The notes below the pieces were generated by a model. The model was given only the letters and a program-made list of their open reading frames with translations, was not told where the DNA came from and made no database searches. A DNA stretch of 64,000 nucleotides from Nemertoderma westbladi (taxonomy: Eukaryota; Animalia; Xenacoelomorpha): assembly GCA_032718475.1 (NCBI GenBank), contig JAUCBJ010002756.1, positions 43,314 through 107,313 on the forward strand, written 5' to 3'. Of the stretch, positions 39,201 to 54,200 are shown one piece after another (position 1 is the stretch's first letter; every line of letters begins with the position of its first letter). A program made the translations under genes and the position numbers.

Positions 39201-42200
39201 TCTGGAAGGAGAAAGTATCGAAATCTATATCGACTAAACTGTAGGAACTCTGGAAGCAGAAAGTATCGAAATCTATATCGACTAAACTGTAGGAACTCAA
39301 GGAAGCAGAAAGTATCGAAATCTATATCGACTAAACTGTAGGAACTCTGGAAGGAGAAAGTATAGAAATCTATATCGACTAAACTGTAGGAACTCTGGAA
39401 GGAGAAAGTATCGAAATCTATATCGACTAAACTGTAGGAACTCAAGGAAGCAGAGTATCAAAATCTATATCGACTAAACTGTAGGAACTCAAGGAAGAAG
39501 AAAGTATCGAAATCTATATCGACTAAACTGTAGGAACTCAAGGAAGCATAAAGTATCGAAATCTATATCGACTAAACTGTAGGAACTCAAGGAAGCAGAG
39601 TATCAAAATCTATATCGACTAAACTGTAGGAACTCAAAAAAGCAGAAAGTATCGAAATCTATATAGACTAAACTGTAGGAACTCAAGGAAGCAGAAAGTA
39701 TCGAAATCTATATAGACTAAACTGTAGGAACTCAAGGAAGCAGAGTATCAAAATCTATATCGACTAAACTGTAGGAACTCAAGGAAGGAGAAAGTATCGA
39801 AATCTATATCGACTAAACTGTAGGAACTCAAAAAAGCAGAAAGTATCGAAATCTATATAGACTAAACTGTAGGAACTCAAGGAAGCAGAAAGTATCGAAA
39901 TCTATATCGACTAAACTGTAGGAACTCAAGGAAGTAGAAAGTATCGAAATCTATATCGACTAAACTGTAGGAACTCAAGGAAGCAGAGTATCAAAATCTA
40001 TATCGACTAAACTGTAGGAACTCTGGAAGCATAAAGTATCGAAATCTATATAGACTAAACTGTAGGAACTCTGGAAGGAGAAAGTATAGAAATCTATATC
40101 GACTAAACTGTAGGAACTCTGGAAGGAGAAAGTATCGAAATCTATATTGACTAAACTGTAGGAACTCTGGAAGGAGAAAGTATCGAAATCTATATCGACT
40201 AAACTGTAGGAACTCAAAAAAGCAGAAAGTATCGAAATCTATATAGACTAAACTGTAGGAACTCAAGGAAGCAGAGTATCAAAATCTATATCGACTAAAC
40301 TGTAGGAACTCTGGAAGGAGAAAGTATAGAAATCTATATCGACTAAACTGTAGGAACTCAAAAAAGCAGAAAGTATCGAAATCTATATAGACTAAACTGT
40401 AGGAACTCTGGAAGCAGAAAGTATCGAAATCTATATCGACTAAACTGTAGGAACTCAAGGAAGCAGAAAGTATCGAAATCTATATTGACTAAACTGTAGG
40501 AACTCTGGAAGGAGAAAGTATCGAAATCTATATTGACTAAACTGTAGGAACTCAAGGAAGCAGAAAGTATCGAAATCTATATCGACTAAACTGTAGGAAC
40601 TCTGGAAGCAGAAAGTATCGAAATCTATATAGACTAAACTGTAGGAACTCTGGAAGCAGAAAGTATCGAAATCTATATCGACTAAACTGTAGGAACTCTG
40701 GAAGGAGAAAGTATCGAAATCTATATCGACTAAACTGTAGGAACTCTGGAAGCAGAAAGTATCGAAATCTATATAGACTAAACTGTAGGAACTCAAGGAA
40801 GCAGAAAGTATCGAAATCTATATCGACTAAACTGTAGGAACTCTGGAAGCAGAAAGTATCGAAATCTATATAGACTAAACTGTAGGAACTCAAGGAAGCA
40901 GAAAGTATCGAAATCTATATCGACTAAACTGTAGGAACTCTGGAAGCATAAAGTATCGAAATCTATATCGACTAAACTGTATGAACTCAAGGAAGCAGAA
41001 AGTATCGAAATCTATATCGACTAAACTGTAGGAACACTGGAAGCAGAAAGTATCGAAATCTATATCGACTAAACTGTAGGAACACTGGAAGCAGAAAGTA
41101 TCGAAATCTATATCGACTAAACTGTAGGAACTCTGGAAGCAGAAAGTATCGAAATCTATATAGACTAAACTGTAGGAACTCAAGGAAGCAGAAAGTATCG
41201 AAATCTATATCGACTAAACTGTAGGAACTCTGGAAGCATAAAGTATCGAAATCTATATCGACTAAACTGTATGAACTCAAGGAAGCAGAAAGTATCGAAA
41301 TCTATATCGACTAAACTGTAGGAACTCAAAAAAGCAGAAAGTATCGAAATCTATATAGACTAAACTGTAGGAACTCAAGGAAGCAGAAAGTATCGAAATC
41401 TATATCGACTAAACTGTAGGAACTCTGGAAGGAGAAAGTATCGAAATCTAAATCGACTAAACTGTAGGAACTCAAAAAAGCAGAAAGTATCGAAATCTAT
41501 ATCGACTAAACTGTAGGAACTCAAGGAAGCAGAAAGTATCGAAATCTATATCGACTAAACTGTAGGAACTCTGGAAGCAGAAAGTATCGAAATCTATATC
41601 GACTAAACTGTAGGAACTCTGGAAGGAGAAAGTATCGAAATCTATATCGACTAAACTGTAGGAACTCTGGAAGCAGAAAGTATCGAAATCTATATCGACT
41701 AAACTGTAGGAACTCAAGGAAGCAGAAAGTATCGAAATCTATATCGACTAAACTGTAGGAACTCTGGAAGGAGAAAGTATAGAAATCTATATCGACTAAA
41801 CTGTAGGAACTCTGGAAGGAGAAAGTATCGAAATCTATATCGACTAAACTGTAGGAACTCAAGGAAGCAGAGTATCAAAATCTATTAAACTGTAGGAACT
41901 CAGGAAGAAGAAAGTATCGAAATCTATATCGACTAAACTGTAGGAACTGAAGGAAGCATAAAGTATCGAAATCTATATCGACTAAACTGTAGGAACTCAA
42001 GGAAGCAGAGTATCAAAATCTATATCGACTAAACTGTAGGAACTCAAAAAAGCAGAAAGTATCGAAATCTATATAGACTAAACTGTAGGAACTCAAGGAA
42101 GCAGAAAGTATCGAAATCTATATAGACTAAACTGTAGGAACTCAAGGAAGCAGAGTATCAAAATCTATATCGACTAAACTGTAGGAACTCAAGGAAGGAG

Positions 42201-45200
42201 AAAGTATCGAAATCTATATCGACTAAACTGTAGGAACTCAAAAAAGCAGAAAGTATCGAAATCTATATAGACTAAACTGTAGGAACTCAAGGAAGCAGAG
42301 TATCAAAATCTATATCGACTAAACTGTAGGAACTCAAGGAAGCAGAAAGTATCGAAATCTATATAGACTAAACTGTAGGAACTCAAGGAAGCAGAGTATC
42401 AAAATCTATATCGACTAAACTGTAGGAACTCTGGAAGCATAAAGTATCGAAATCTATATAGACTAAACTGTAGGAACTCTGGAAGGAGAAAGTATAGAAA
42501 TCTATATCGACTAAACTGTAGGAACTCTGGAAGGAGAAAGTATCGAAATCTATATTGACTAAACTGTAGGAACTCTGGAAGGAGAAAGTATCGAAATCTA
42601 TATCGACTAAACTGTAGGAACTCAAGGAAGCATAAAGTATCGAAATCTATATCGACTAAACTGTAGGAACTCAAAAAAGCAGAAAGTATCGAAATCTATA
42701 TAGACTAAACTGTAGGAACTCAAGGAAGCAGAGTATCAAAATCTATATCGACTAAACTGTAGGAACTCTGGAAGGAGAAAGTATCGAAATCTATATCGAC
42801 TAAACTGTAGGAACTCTGGAAGGAGAAAGTATCGAAATCTATATCGACTAAACTGTAGGAACTCAAGGAAGCAGAGTATCAAAATCTATATCGACTAAAC
42901 TGTAGGAACTCAAGGAAGGAGAAAGTATCGAAATCTATATCGACTAAACTGTAGGAACTCAAGGAAGCATAAAGTATCGAAATCTATATCGACTAAACTG
43001 TAGGAACTCAAGGAAGGAGAAAGTATCGAAATCTATATCGACTAAACTGTAGGAACTCAAAAAAGCAGAAAGTATCGAAATCTATATAGACTAAACTGTA
43101 GGAACTCAAGGAAGCAGAGTATCAAAATCTATATCGACTAAACTGTAGGAACTCAAGGAAGCAGAAAGTATCGAAATCTATATAGACTAAACTGTAGGAA
43201 CTCAAGGAAGCAGAGTATCAAAATCTATATCGACTAAACTGTAGGAATTCAAGGAAGCAGAAAGTATCGAAATCTATATCGACTAAACTGTAGGAACTCT
43301 GGAAGCATAAAGTATCGAAATCTATATCGACTAACTGTAGGAACTCTGGAAGCATAAAGTATCGAAATCTATATCGACTAAACTGTAGGAACTCTGGAAG
43401 CATAAAGTATCGAAATCTATATCGACTAAACTGTAGGAACTCTGGAAGCATAAAGTATCGAAATCTATATCGACTAAACTGTAGGAACTCAAAAAAGCAG
43501 AAAGTATCGAAATCTATATTGACTAAACTGTAGGAACTCAAGGAAGCAGAAAGTATCGAAATCTATATCGACTAAACTGTAGGAACTCTGGAAGCAGAAA
43601 GTATCGAAATCTATATCGACTAAACTGTAGGAACTCTGGAAGGAGAAAGTATCGAAATCTATATCGACTAAACTGTAGGAACTCTGGAAGCAGAAAGTAT
43701 CGAAATCTATATCGACTAAACTGTAGGAACTCAAGGAAGCAGAAAGTATCGAAATCTATATCGACTAAACTGTAGGAACTCTGGAAGGAGAAAGTATAGA
43801 AATCTATATCGACTAAACTGTAGGAACTCTGGAAGGAGAAAGTATCGAAATCTATATCGACTAAACTGTAGGAACTCAAGGAAGCAGAGTATCAAAATCT
43901 ATATCGACTAAACTGTAGGAACTCAAGGAAGAAGAAAGTATCGAAATCTATATCGACTAAACTGTAGGAACTCAAGGAAGCATAAAGTATCGAAATCTAT
44001 ATCGACTAAACTGTAGGAACTCAAGGAAGCAGAGTATCAAAATCTATATCGACTAAACTGTAGGAACTCTGGAAGGAGAAAGTATAGAAATCTATATCGA
44101 CTAAACTGTAGGAACTCAAAAAAGCAGAAAGTATCGAAATCTATATAGACTAAACTGTAGGAACTCTGGAAGCAGAAAGTATCGAAATCTATATTGACTA
44201 AACTGTAGGAACTCAAGGAAGCAGAAAGTATCGAAATCTATATTGACTAAACTGTAGGAACTCTGGAAGGAGAAAGTATCGAAATCTATATTGACTAAAC
44301 TGTAGGAACTCAAGGAAGCAGAAAGTATCGAAATCTATATCGACTAAACTGTAGGAACTCTGGAAGCAGAAAGTATCGAAATCTATATCGACTAAACTGT
44401 AGGAACTCTGGAAGGAGAAAGTATCGAAATCTATATCGACTAAACTGTAGGAACTCTGGAAGCAGAAAGTATCGAAATCTATATAGACTAAACTGTAGGA
44501 ACTCAAGGAAGCAGAAAGTATCGAAATCTATATCGACTAAACTGTAGGAACTCTGGAAGCAGAAAGTATCGAAATCTATATAGACTAAACTGTAGGAACT
44601 CAAGGACCAAGCAGAAAGTATCGAAATCTATATCGACTAAACTGTAGGAACTCTGGAAGCATAAAGTATCGAAATCTATATCGACTAAACTGTATGAACT
44701 CAAGGAAGCAGAAAGTATCGAAATCTATATCGACTAAACTGTAGGAACACTGGAAGCAGAAAGTATCGAAATCTATATCGACTAAACTGTAGGAACACTG
44801 GAAGCAGAAAGTATCGAAATCTATATCGACTAAACTGTAGGAACTCTGGAAGCAGAAAGTATCGAAATCTATATAGACTAAACTGTAGGAACTCAAGGAA
44901 GCAGAAAGTATCGAAATCTATATCGACTAAACTGTAGGAACTCTGGAAGCATAAAGTATCGAAATCTATATCGACTAAACTGTATGAACTCAAGGAAGCA
45001 GAAAGTATCGAAATCTATATCGACTAAACTGTAGGAACTCAAAAAAGCAGAAAGTATCGAAATCTATATAGACTAAACTGTAGGAACTCAAGGAAGCAGA
45101 AAGTATCGAAATCTATATCGACTAAACTGTAGGAACTCTGGAAGGAGAAAGTATCGAAATCTAAATCGACTAAACTGTAGGAACTCAAAAAAGCAGAAAG

Positions 45201-48200
45201 TATCGAAATCTATATCGACTAAACTGTAGGAACTCAAGGAAGCAGAAAGTATCGAAATCTATATCGACTAAACTGTAGGAACTCTGGAAGCAGAAAGTAT
45301 CGAAATCTATATCGACTAAACTGTAGGAACTCTGGAAGGAGAAAGTATCGAAATCTATATCGACTAAACTGTAGGAACTCTGGAAGCAGAAAGTATCGAA
45401 ATCTATATCGACTAAACTGTAGGAACTCAAGGAAGCAGAAAGTATCGAAATCTATATCGACTAAACTGTAGGAACTCTGGAAGGAGAAAGTATAGAAATC
45501 TATATCGACTAAACTGTAGGAACTCTGGAAGGAGAAAGTATCGAAATCTATATCGACTAAACTGTAGGAACTCAAGGAAGCAGAGTATCAAAATCTATAT
45601 CGACTAAACTGTAGGAACTCAAGGAAGAAGAAAGTATCGAAATCTATATCGACTAAACTGTAGGAACTTAAGGAAGCATAAAGTATCGAAATCTATATCG
45701 ACTAAACTGTAGGAACTCAAGGAAGCAGAGTATCAAAATCTATATCGACTAAACTGTAGGAACTCAAAAAAGCAGAAAGTATCGAAATCTATATAGACTA
45801 AACTGTAGGAACTCAAGGAAGCAGAAAGTATCGAAATCTATATAGACTAAACTGTAGGAACTCAAGGAAGCAGAGTATCAAAATCTATATCGACTAAACT
45901 GTAGGAACTCAAGGAAGGAGAAAGTATCGAAATCTATATCGACTAAACTGTAGGAACTCAAAAAAGCAGAAAGTATCGAAATCTATATAGACTAAACTGT
46001 AGGAACTCAAGGAAGCAGAGTATCAAAATCTATATCGACTAAACTGTAGGAACTCAAGGAAGCAGAAAGTATCGAAATCTATATAGACTAAACTGTAGGA
46101 ACTCAAGGAAGCAGAGTATCAAAATCTATATCGACTAAACTGTAGGAACTCTGGAAGCATAAAGTATCGAAATCTATATAGACTAAACTGTAGGAACTCT
46201 GGAAGGAGAAAGTATAGAAATCTATATCGACTAAACTGTAGGAACTCTGGAAGGAGAAAGTATCGAAATCTATATTGACTAAACTGTAGGAACTCTGGAA
46301 GGAGAAAGTATCGAAATCTATATCGACTAAACTGTAGGAACTCAAGGAAGCATAAAGTATCGAAATCTATATCGACTAAACTGTAGGAACTCAAAAAAGC
46401 AGAAAGTATCGAAATCTATATAGACTAAACTGTAGGAACTCAAGGAAGCAGAGTATCAAAATCTATATCGACTAAACTGTAGGAACTCTGGAAGGAGAAA
46501 GTATCGAAATCTATATCGACTAAACTGTAGGAACTCTGGAAGGAGAAAGTATCGAAATCTATATCGACTAAACTGTAGGAACTCAAGGAAGCAGAGTATC
46601 AAAATCTATATCGACTAAACTGTAGGAACTCAAGGAAGGAGAAAGTATCGAAATCTATATCGACTAAACTGTAGGAACTCAAGGAAGCATAAAGTATCGA
46701 AATCTATATCGACTAAACTGTAGGAACTCAAGGAAGGAGAAAGTATCGAAATCTATATCGACTAAACTGTAGGAACTCAAAAAAGCAGAAAGTATCGAAA
46801 TCTATATAGACTAAACTGTAGGAACTCAAGGAAGCAGAGTATCAAAATCTATATCGACTAAACTGTAGGAACTCAAGGAAGCAGAAAGTATCGAAATCTA
46901 TATAGACTAAACTGTAGGAACTCAAGGAAGCAGAGTATCAAAATCTATATCGACTAAACTGTAGGAATTCAAGGAAGCAGAAAGTATCGAAATCTATATC
47001 GACTAAACTGTAGGAACTCTGGAAGCATAAAGTATCGAAATCTATATCGACTAACTGTAGGAACTCTGGAAGCATAAAGTATCGAAATCTATATCGACTA
47101 AACTGTAGGAACTCTGGAAGCATAAAGTATCGAAATCTATATCGACTAAACTGTAGGAACTCTGGAAGCATAAAGTATCGAAATCTATATCGACTAAACT
47201 GTAGGAACTCAAAAAAGCAGAAAGTATCGAAATCTATATCGACTAAACTGTAGGAACTCAAGGAAGCAGAAAGTATCGAAATCTATATCGACTAAACTGT
47301 AGGAACTCTGGAAGCAGAAAGTATCGAAATCTATATCGACTAAACTGTAGGAACTCTGGAAGGAGAAAGTATCGAAATCTATATCGACTAAACTGTAGGA
47401 ACTCTGGAAGCAGAAAGTATCGAAATCTATATCGACTAAACTGTAGGAACTCAAGGAAGCAGAAAGTATCGAAATCTATATCGACTAAACTGTAGGAACT
47501 CTGGAAGGAGAAAGTATAGAAATCTATATCGACTAAACTGTAGGAACTCTGGAAGGAGAAAGTATCGAAATCTATATCGACTAAACTGTAGGAACTCAAG
47601 GAAGCAGAGTATCAAAATCTATATCGACTAAACTGTAGGAACTCAAGGAAGAAGAAAGTATCGAAATCTATATCGACTAAACTGTAGGAACTCAAGGAAG
47701 CATAAAGTATCGAAATCTATATCGACTAAACTGTAGGAACTCAAGGAAGCAGAGTATCAAAATCTATATCGACTAAACTGTAGGAACTCAAAAAAGCAGA
47801 AAGTATCGAAATCTATATAGACTAAACTGTAGGAACTCAAGGAAGCAGAAAGTATCGAAATCTATATAGACTAAACTGTAGGATCTCAAGGAAGCAGAGT
47901 ATCAAAATCTATATCGACTAAACTGTAGGAACTCAAGGAAGGAGAAAGTATCGAAATCTATATCGACTAAACTTTAGGAACTCAAAAAAGCAGAAAGTAT
48001 CGAAATCTATATAGACTAAACTGTAGGAACTCAAGGAAGCAGAAAGTATCGAAATCTATATCGACTAAACTGTAGGAACTCAAGGAAGGAGAAAGTATCG
48101 AAATCTATATCGACTAAACTGTAGGAACTCAAGGAAGCAGAGTATCAAAATCTATATCGACTAAACTGTAGGAACTCAAGGAAGGAGAAAGTATCGAAAT

Positions 48201-51200
48201 CTATATCGACTAAACTGTAGGAACTCAAAAAAGCAGAAAGTATCGAAATCTATATCGACTAAACTGTAGGAACTCAAGGAAGCAGAGTATCAAAATCTAT
48301 ATCGACTAAACTGTAGGAACTCTGGAAGCATAAAGTATCGAAATCTATATAGACTAAACTGTAGGAACTCTGGAAGGAGAAAGTATAGAAATCTATATCG
48401 ACTAAACTGTAGGAACTCTGGAAGGAGAAAGTATCGAAATCTATATTGACTAAACTGTAGGAACTCTGGAAGGAGAAAGTATCGAAATCTATATCGACTA
48501 AACTGTAGGAACTCAAAAAAGCAGAAAGTATCGAAATCTATATAGACTAAACTGTAGGAACTCAAGGAAGCAGAGTATCAAAATCTATATCGACTAAACT
48601 GTAGGAACTCTGGAAGGAGAAAGTATAGAAATCTATATCGACTAAACTGTAGGAACTCAAAAAAGCAGAAAGTATCGAAATCTATATAGACTAAACTGTA
48701 GGAACTCTGGAAGCAGAAAGAATCGAAATCTATATCGACTAAACTGTAGGAACTCAAGGAAGCAGAAAGTATCGAAATCTATATTGACTAAACTGTAGGA
48801 ACTCTGGAAGGAGAAAGTATCGAAATCTATATTGACTAAACTGTAGGAACTCAAGGAAGCAGAAAGTATCGAAATCTATATCGACTAAACTGTAGGAACT
48901 CTGGAAGCAGAAAGTATCGAAATCTATATAGACTAAACTGTAGGAACTCTGGAAGCAGAAAGTATCGAAATCTATATCGACTAAACTGTAGGAACTCTGG
49001 AAGGAGAAAGTATCGAAATCTATATCGACTAAACTGTAGGAACTCTGGAAGCAGAAAGTATCGAAATCTATATAGACTAAACTGTAGGAACTCAAGGAAG
49101 CAGAAAGTATCGAAATCTATATCGACTAAACTGTAGGAACTCTGGAAGCAGAAAGTATCGAAATCTATATAGACTAAACTGTAGGAACTCAAGGAAGCAG
49201 AAAGTATCGAAATCTATATCGACTAAACTGTAGGAACTCTGGAAGCATAAAGTATCGAAATCTATATCGACTAAACTGTATGAACTCAAGGAAGCAGAAA
49301 GTATCGAAATCTATATCGACTAAACTGTAGGAACACTGGAAGCAGAAAGTATCGAAATCTATATCGACTAAACTGTAGGAACACTGGAAGCAGAAAGTAT
49401 CGAAATCTATATCGACTAAACTGTAGGAACTCTGGAAGCAGAAAGTATCGAAATCTATATAGACTAAACTGTAGGAACTCAAGGAAGCAGAAAGTATCGA
49501 AATCTATATCGACTAAACTGTAGGAACTCTGGAAGCATAAAGTATCGAAATCTATATCGACTAAACTGTATGAACTCAAGGAAGCAGAAAGTATCGAAAT
49601 CTATATCGACTAAACTGTAGGAACTCAAAAAAGCAGAAAGTATCGAAATCTATATAGACTAAACTGTAGGAACTCAAGGAAGCAGAAAGCATCGAAATCT
49701 ATATCGACTAAACTGTAGGAACTCTGGAAGGAGAAAGTATCGAAATCTAAATCGACTAAACTGTAGGAACTCAAAAAAGCAGAAAGTATCGAAATCTATA
49801 TCGACTAAACTGTAGGAACTCAAGGAAGCAGAAAGTATCGAAATCTATATCGACTAAACTGTAGGAACTCTGGAAGCAGAAAGTATCGAAATCTATATCG
49901 ACTAAACTGTAGGAACTCTGGAAGGAGAAAGTATCGAAATCTATATCGACTAAACTGTAGGAACTCTGGAAGCAGAAAGTATCGAAATCTATATCGACTA
50001 AACTGTAGGAACTCAAGGAAGCAGAAAGTATCGAAATCTATATCGACTAAACTGTAGGAACTCTGGAAGGAGAAAGTATAGAAATCTATATCGACTAAAC
50101 TGTAGGAACTCTGGAAGGAGAAAGTATCGAAATCTATATCAACTAAACTGTAGGAACTCAAGGAAGCAGAGTATCAAAATCTATATCGACTAAACTGTAG
50201 GAACTCAAGGAAGAAGAAAGTATCGAAATCTATATCGACTAAACTGTAGGAACTCAAGGAAGCATAAAGTATCGAAATCTATATCGACTAAACTGTAGGA
50301 ACTCAAGGAAGCAGAGTATCAAAATCTATATCGACTAAACTGTAGGAACTCAAAAAAGCAGAAAGTATCGAAATCTATATAGACTAAACTGTAGGAACTC
50401 AAGGAAGCAGAAAGTATCGAAATCTATATAGACTAAACTGTAGGAACTCAAGGAAGCAGAGTATCAAAATCTATATCGACTAAACTGTAGGAACTCAAGG
50501 AAGCAGAAAGTATCGAAATCTATATCGACTAAACTGTAGGAACTCTGGAAGCAGAAAGTATCAAAATCTATATCGACTAAACTGTAGGAACTCTGGAAGC
50601 ATAAAGTATCGAAATCTATATCGACTAAACTGTAGGAACTCAAAAAAGCAGAAAGTATCGAAATCTATATAGACTAAACTGTAGGAACTCAAGGAAGCAG
50701 AGTATCAAAATCTATATCGACTAAACTGTAGGAACTCAAGGAAGCAGAAAGTATCGAAATCTATATAGACTAAACTGTAGGAACTCAAGGAAGCAGAAAG
50801 TATCGAAATCTATATCGACTAAACTGTAGGAACTCTGGAAGCATAAAGTATCGAAATCTATATCGACTAAACTGTAGGAACTCTGGAAGGAGAAAGTATC
50901 AAAATCTATATCGACTAAACTGTAGGAACTCTGGAAGGAGAAAGTATCGAAATCTATATCGACTAAACTGTAGGAACTCAAGGAAGCATAAAGTATCGAA
51001 ATCTATATCGACTAAACTGTAGGAACACTGGAAGCAGAAAGTATCAAAATCTATATCGACTAAACTGTAGGAACTCTGGAAGGAGAAAGTATCGAAATCT
51101 ATATCGACTAAACTGTAGGAACTCAAGGAAGCATAAAGTATCGAAATCTATATCGACTAAACTGTAGGAACTCAAGGAAGGAGAAAGTATCGAAATCTAT

Positions 51201-54200
51201 ATCGACTAAACTGTAGGAACTCAAAAAAGCAGAAAGTATCGAAATCTATATAGACTAAACTGTAGGAACTCAAGGAAGCAGAGTATAAAAATCTATATCG
51301 ACTAAACTGTAGGAACTCAAGGAAGCAGAAAGTATCGAAATCTATATCGACTAAACTGTAGGAACTCAAGGAAGCAGAAAGTATCGAAATCTATATAGAC
51401 TAATCTGTAGGAACTCAAGGAAGCAGAAAGTATCGAAATCTATATAGACTAAACTGTAGGAACTCTGGAAGGAGAAAGTATCGAAATCTATATCGACTAA
51501 ACTGTATGAACTCAAGGAAGCAGAAAGTATCGAAATCTATATCGACTAAACTGTAGGAACTCAAGGAAGCAGAGTATCAAAATCTATATCGACTAAACTG
51601 TAGGAACTCAAGGAAGCAGAAAGTATCGAAATCTATATAGACTAAACTGTAGGAACACTGGAAGCAGAAAGTATCGAAATCTATATCGACTAAACTGTAG
51701 GAACTCAAGGAAGCATAAAGTACCGAAATCTATATCGACTAAACTGTAGGAACTCAAGGAAGCAGAGTATCAAAATCTATATCGACTAAACTGTAGGAAC
51801 TCAAGGAAGCAGAAAGTATCGAAATCTATATAGACTAAACTGTAGGAACACTGGAAGCAGAAAGTATCGAAATCTATATCGACTAAACTGTAGGAACTCT
51901 GGAAGCATAAAGTATCGAAATCTATATCGACTAAACTGTATGAACTCAAGGAAGCAGAAAGTATCGAAATCTATATCGACTAAACTGTAGGAACTCAAAA
52001 AAGCAGAAAGTATCGAAATCTATATAGACTAAACTGTAGGAACTCAAGGAAGCAGAAAGTATCGAAATCTATATCGACTAAACTGTAGGAACTCTGGAAG
52101 GAGAAAGTATCGAAATCTATATCGACTAAACTGTAGGAACTCAAAAAAGCAGAAAGTATCGAAATCTATATCGACTAAACTGTAGGAACTCAAGGAAGCA
52201 GAACGTATCGAAATCTATATCGACTAAACTGTAGGAACTCTGGAAGCAGAAAGTATCGAAATCTATATCGACTAAACTGTAGGAACTCTGGAAGGAGAAA
52301 GTATCGAAATCTATATCGACTAAACTGTAGGAACTCTGGAAGCAGAAAGTATCGAAATCTATATCGACTAAACTGTAGGAACTCAAGGAAGCAGAAAGTA
52401 TCGAAATCTATATCGACTAAACTGTAGGAACTCTGGAAGGAGAAAGTATAGAAATCTATATCGACTAAACTGTAGGAACTCTGGAAGGAGAAAGTATCGA
52501 AATCTATATCGACTAAACTGTAGGAACTCAAGGAAGCAGAGTATCAAAATCTATATCGACTAAACTGTAGGAACTCAAGGAAGGAGAAAGTATCGAAATC
52601 TATATCGACTAAACTGTAGGAACTCAAGGAAGCATAAAGTATCGAAATCTATATCGACTAAACTGTAGGAACTCAAGGAAGCAGAGTATCAAAATCTATA
52701 TCGACTAAACTGTAGGAACTCAAAAAAGCAGAAAGTATCGAAATCTCTTTAGACTAAACTGTAGGAACTCAAGGAAGCAGAAAGTATCGAAATCTATATA
52801 GACTAAACTGTAGGAACTCAAGGAAGCAGAGTATCAAAATCTATATCGACTAAACTGTAGGAACTCAAGGAAGGAGAAAGTATCGAAATCTATATCGACT
52901 AAACTGTAGGAACTCAAAAAAGCAGAAAGTATCGAAATCTATATAGACTAAACTGTAGGAACTCAAGGAAGCAGAGTATCAAAATCTATATCGACTAAAC
53001 TGTAGGAACTCAAGGAAGCAGAAAGTATCGAAATCTATATAGACTAAACTGTAGGAACTCAAGGAAGCAGAGTATCAAAATCTATATCGACTAAACTGTA
53101 GGAACTCTGGAAGCATAAAGTATCGAAATCTATATAGACTAAACTGTAGGAACTCTGGAAGGAGAAAGTATAGAAATCTATATCGACTAAACTGTAGGAA
53201 CTCTGGAAGGAGAAAGTATCGAAATCTATATTGACTAAACTGTAGGAACTCTGGAAGGAGAAAGTATCGAAATCTATATCGACTAAACTGTAGGAACTCA
53301 AAAAAGCAGAAAGTATCGAAATCTATATAGACTAAACTGTAGGAACTCAAGGAAGCAGAGTATCAAAATCTATATCGACTAAACTGTAGGAACTCTGGAA
53401 GGAGAAAGTATCGAAATCTATATCGACTAAACTGTAGGAACTCTGGAAGGAGAAAGTATCGAAATCTATATCGACTAAACTGTAGGAACTCAAAAAAGCA
53501 GAAAGTATCGAAATCTATATAGACTAAACTGTAGGAACTCAAGGAAGCAGAGTATCAAAATCTATATCGACTAAACTGTAGGAACTCTGGAAGGAGAAAG
53601 TATAGAAATCTATATCGACTAAACTGTAGGAACTCTGGAAGGAGAAAGTATCGAAATCTATATCGACTAAACTGTAGGAACTCAAGGAAGCAGAGTATCA
53701 AAATCTATATCGACTAAACTGTAGGAACTCAAGGAAGGAGAAAGTATCGAAATCTATATCGACTAAACTGTAGGAACTCAAGGAAGCATAAAGTATCGAA
53801 ATCTATATCGACTAAACTGTAGGAACTCAAGGAAGGAGAAAGTATCGAAATCTATATGGACTAAACTGTAGGAACTCAAAAAAGCAGAAAGTATCGAAAT
53901 CTATATAGACTAAACTGTAGGAACTCAAGGAAGCAGAGTATCAAAATCTATATCGACTAAACTGTAGGAACTCAAGGAAGCAGAAAGTATCGAAATCTAT
54001 ATAGACTAAACTGTAGGAACTCAAGGAAGCAGAGTATCAAAATCTATATCGACTAAACTGTAGGAACTCAAGGAAGCAGAAAGTATCGAAATCTATATCG
54101 ACTAAACTGTAGGAACTCTGGAAGCATAAAGTATCGAAATCTATATCGACTAAACTGTAGGAACTCTGGAAGCATAAAGTATCGAAATCTATATCGACTA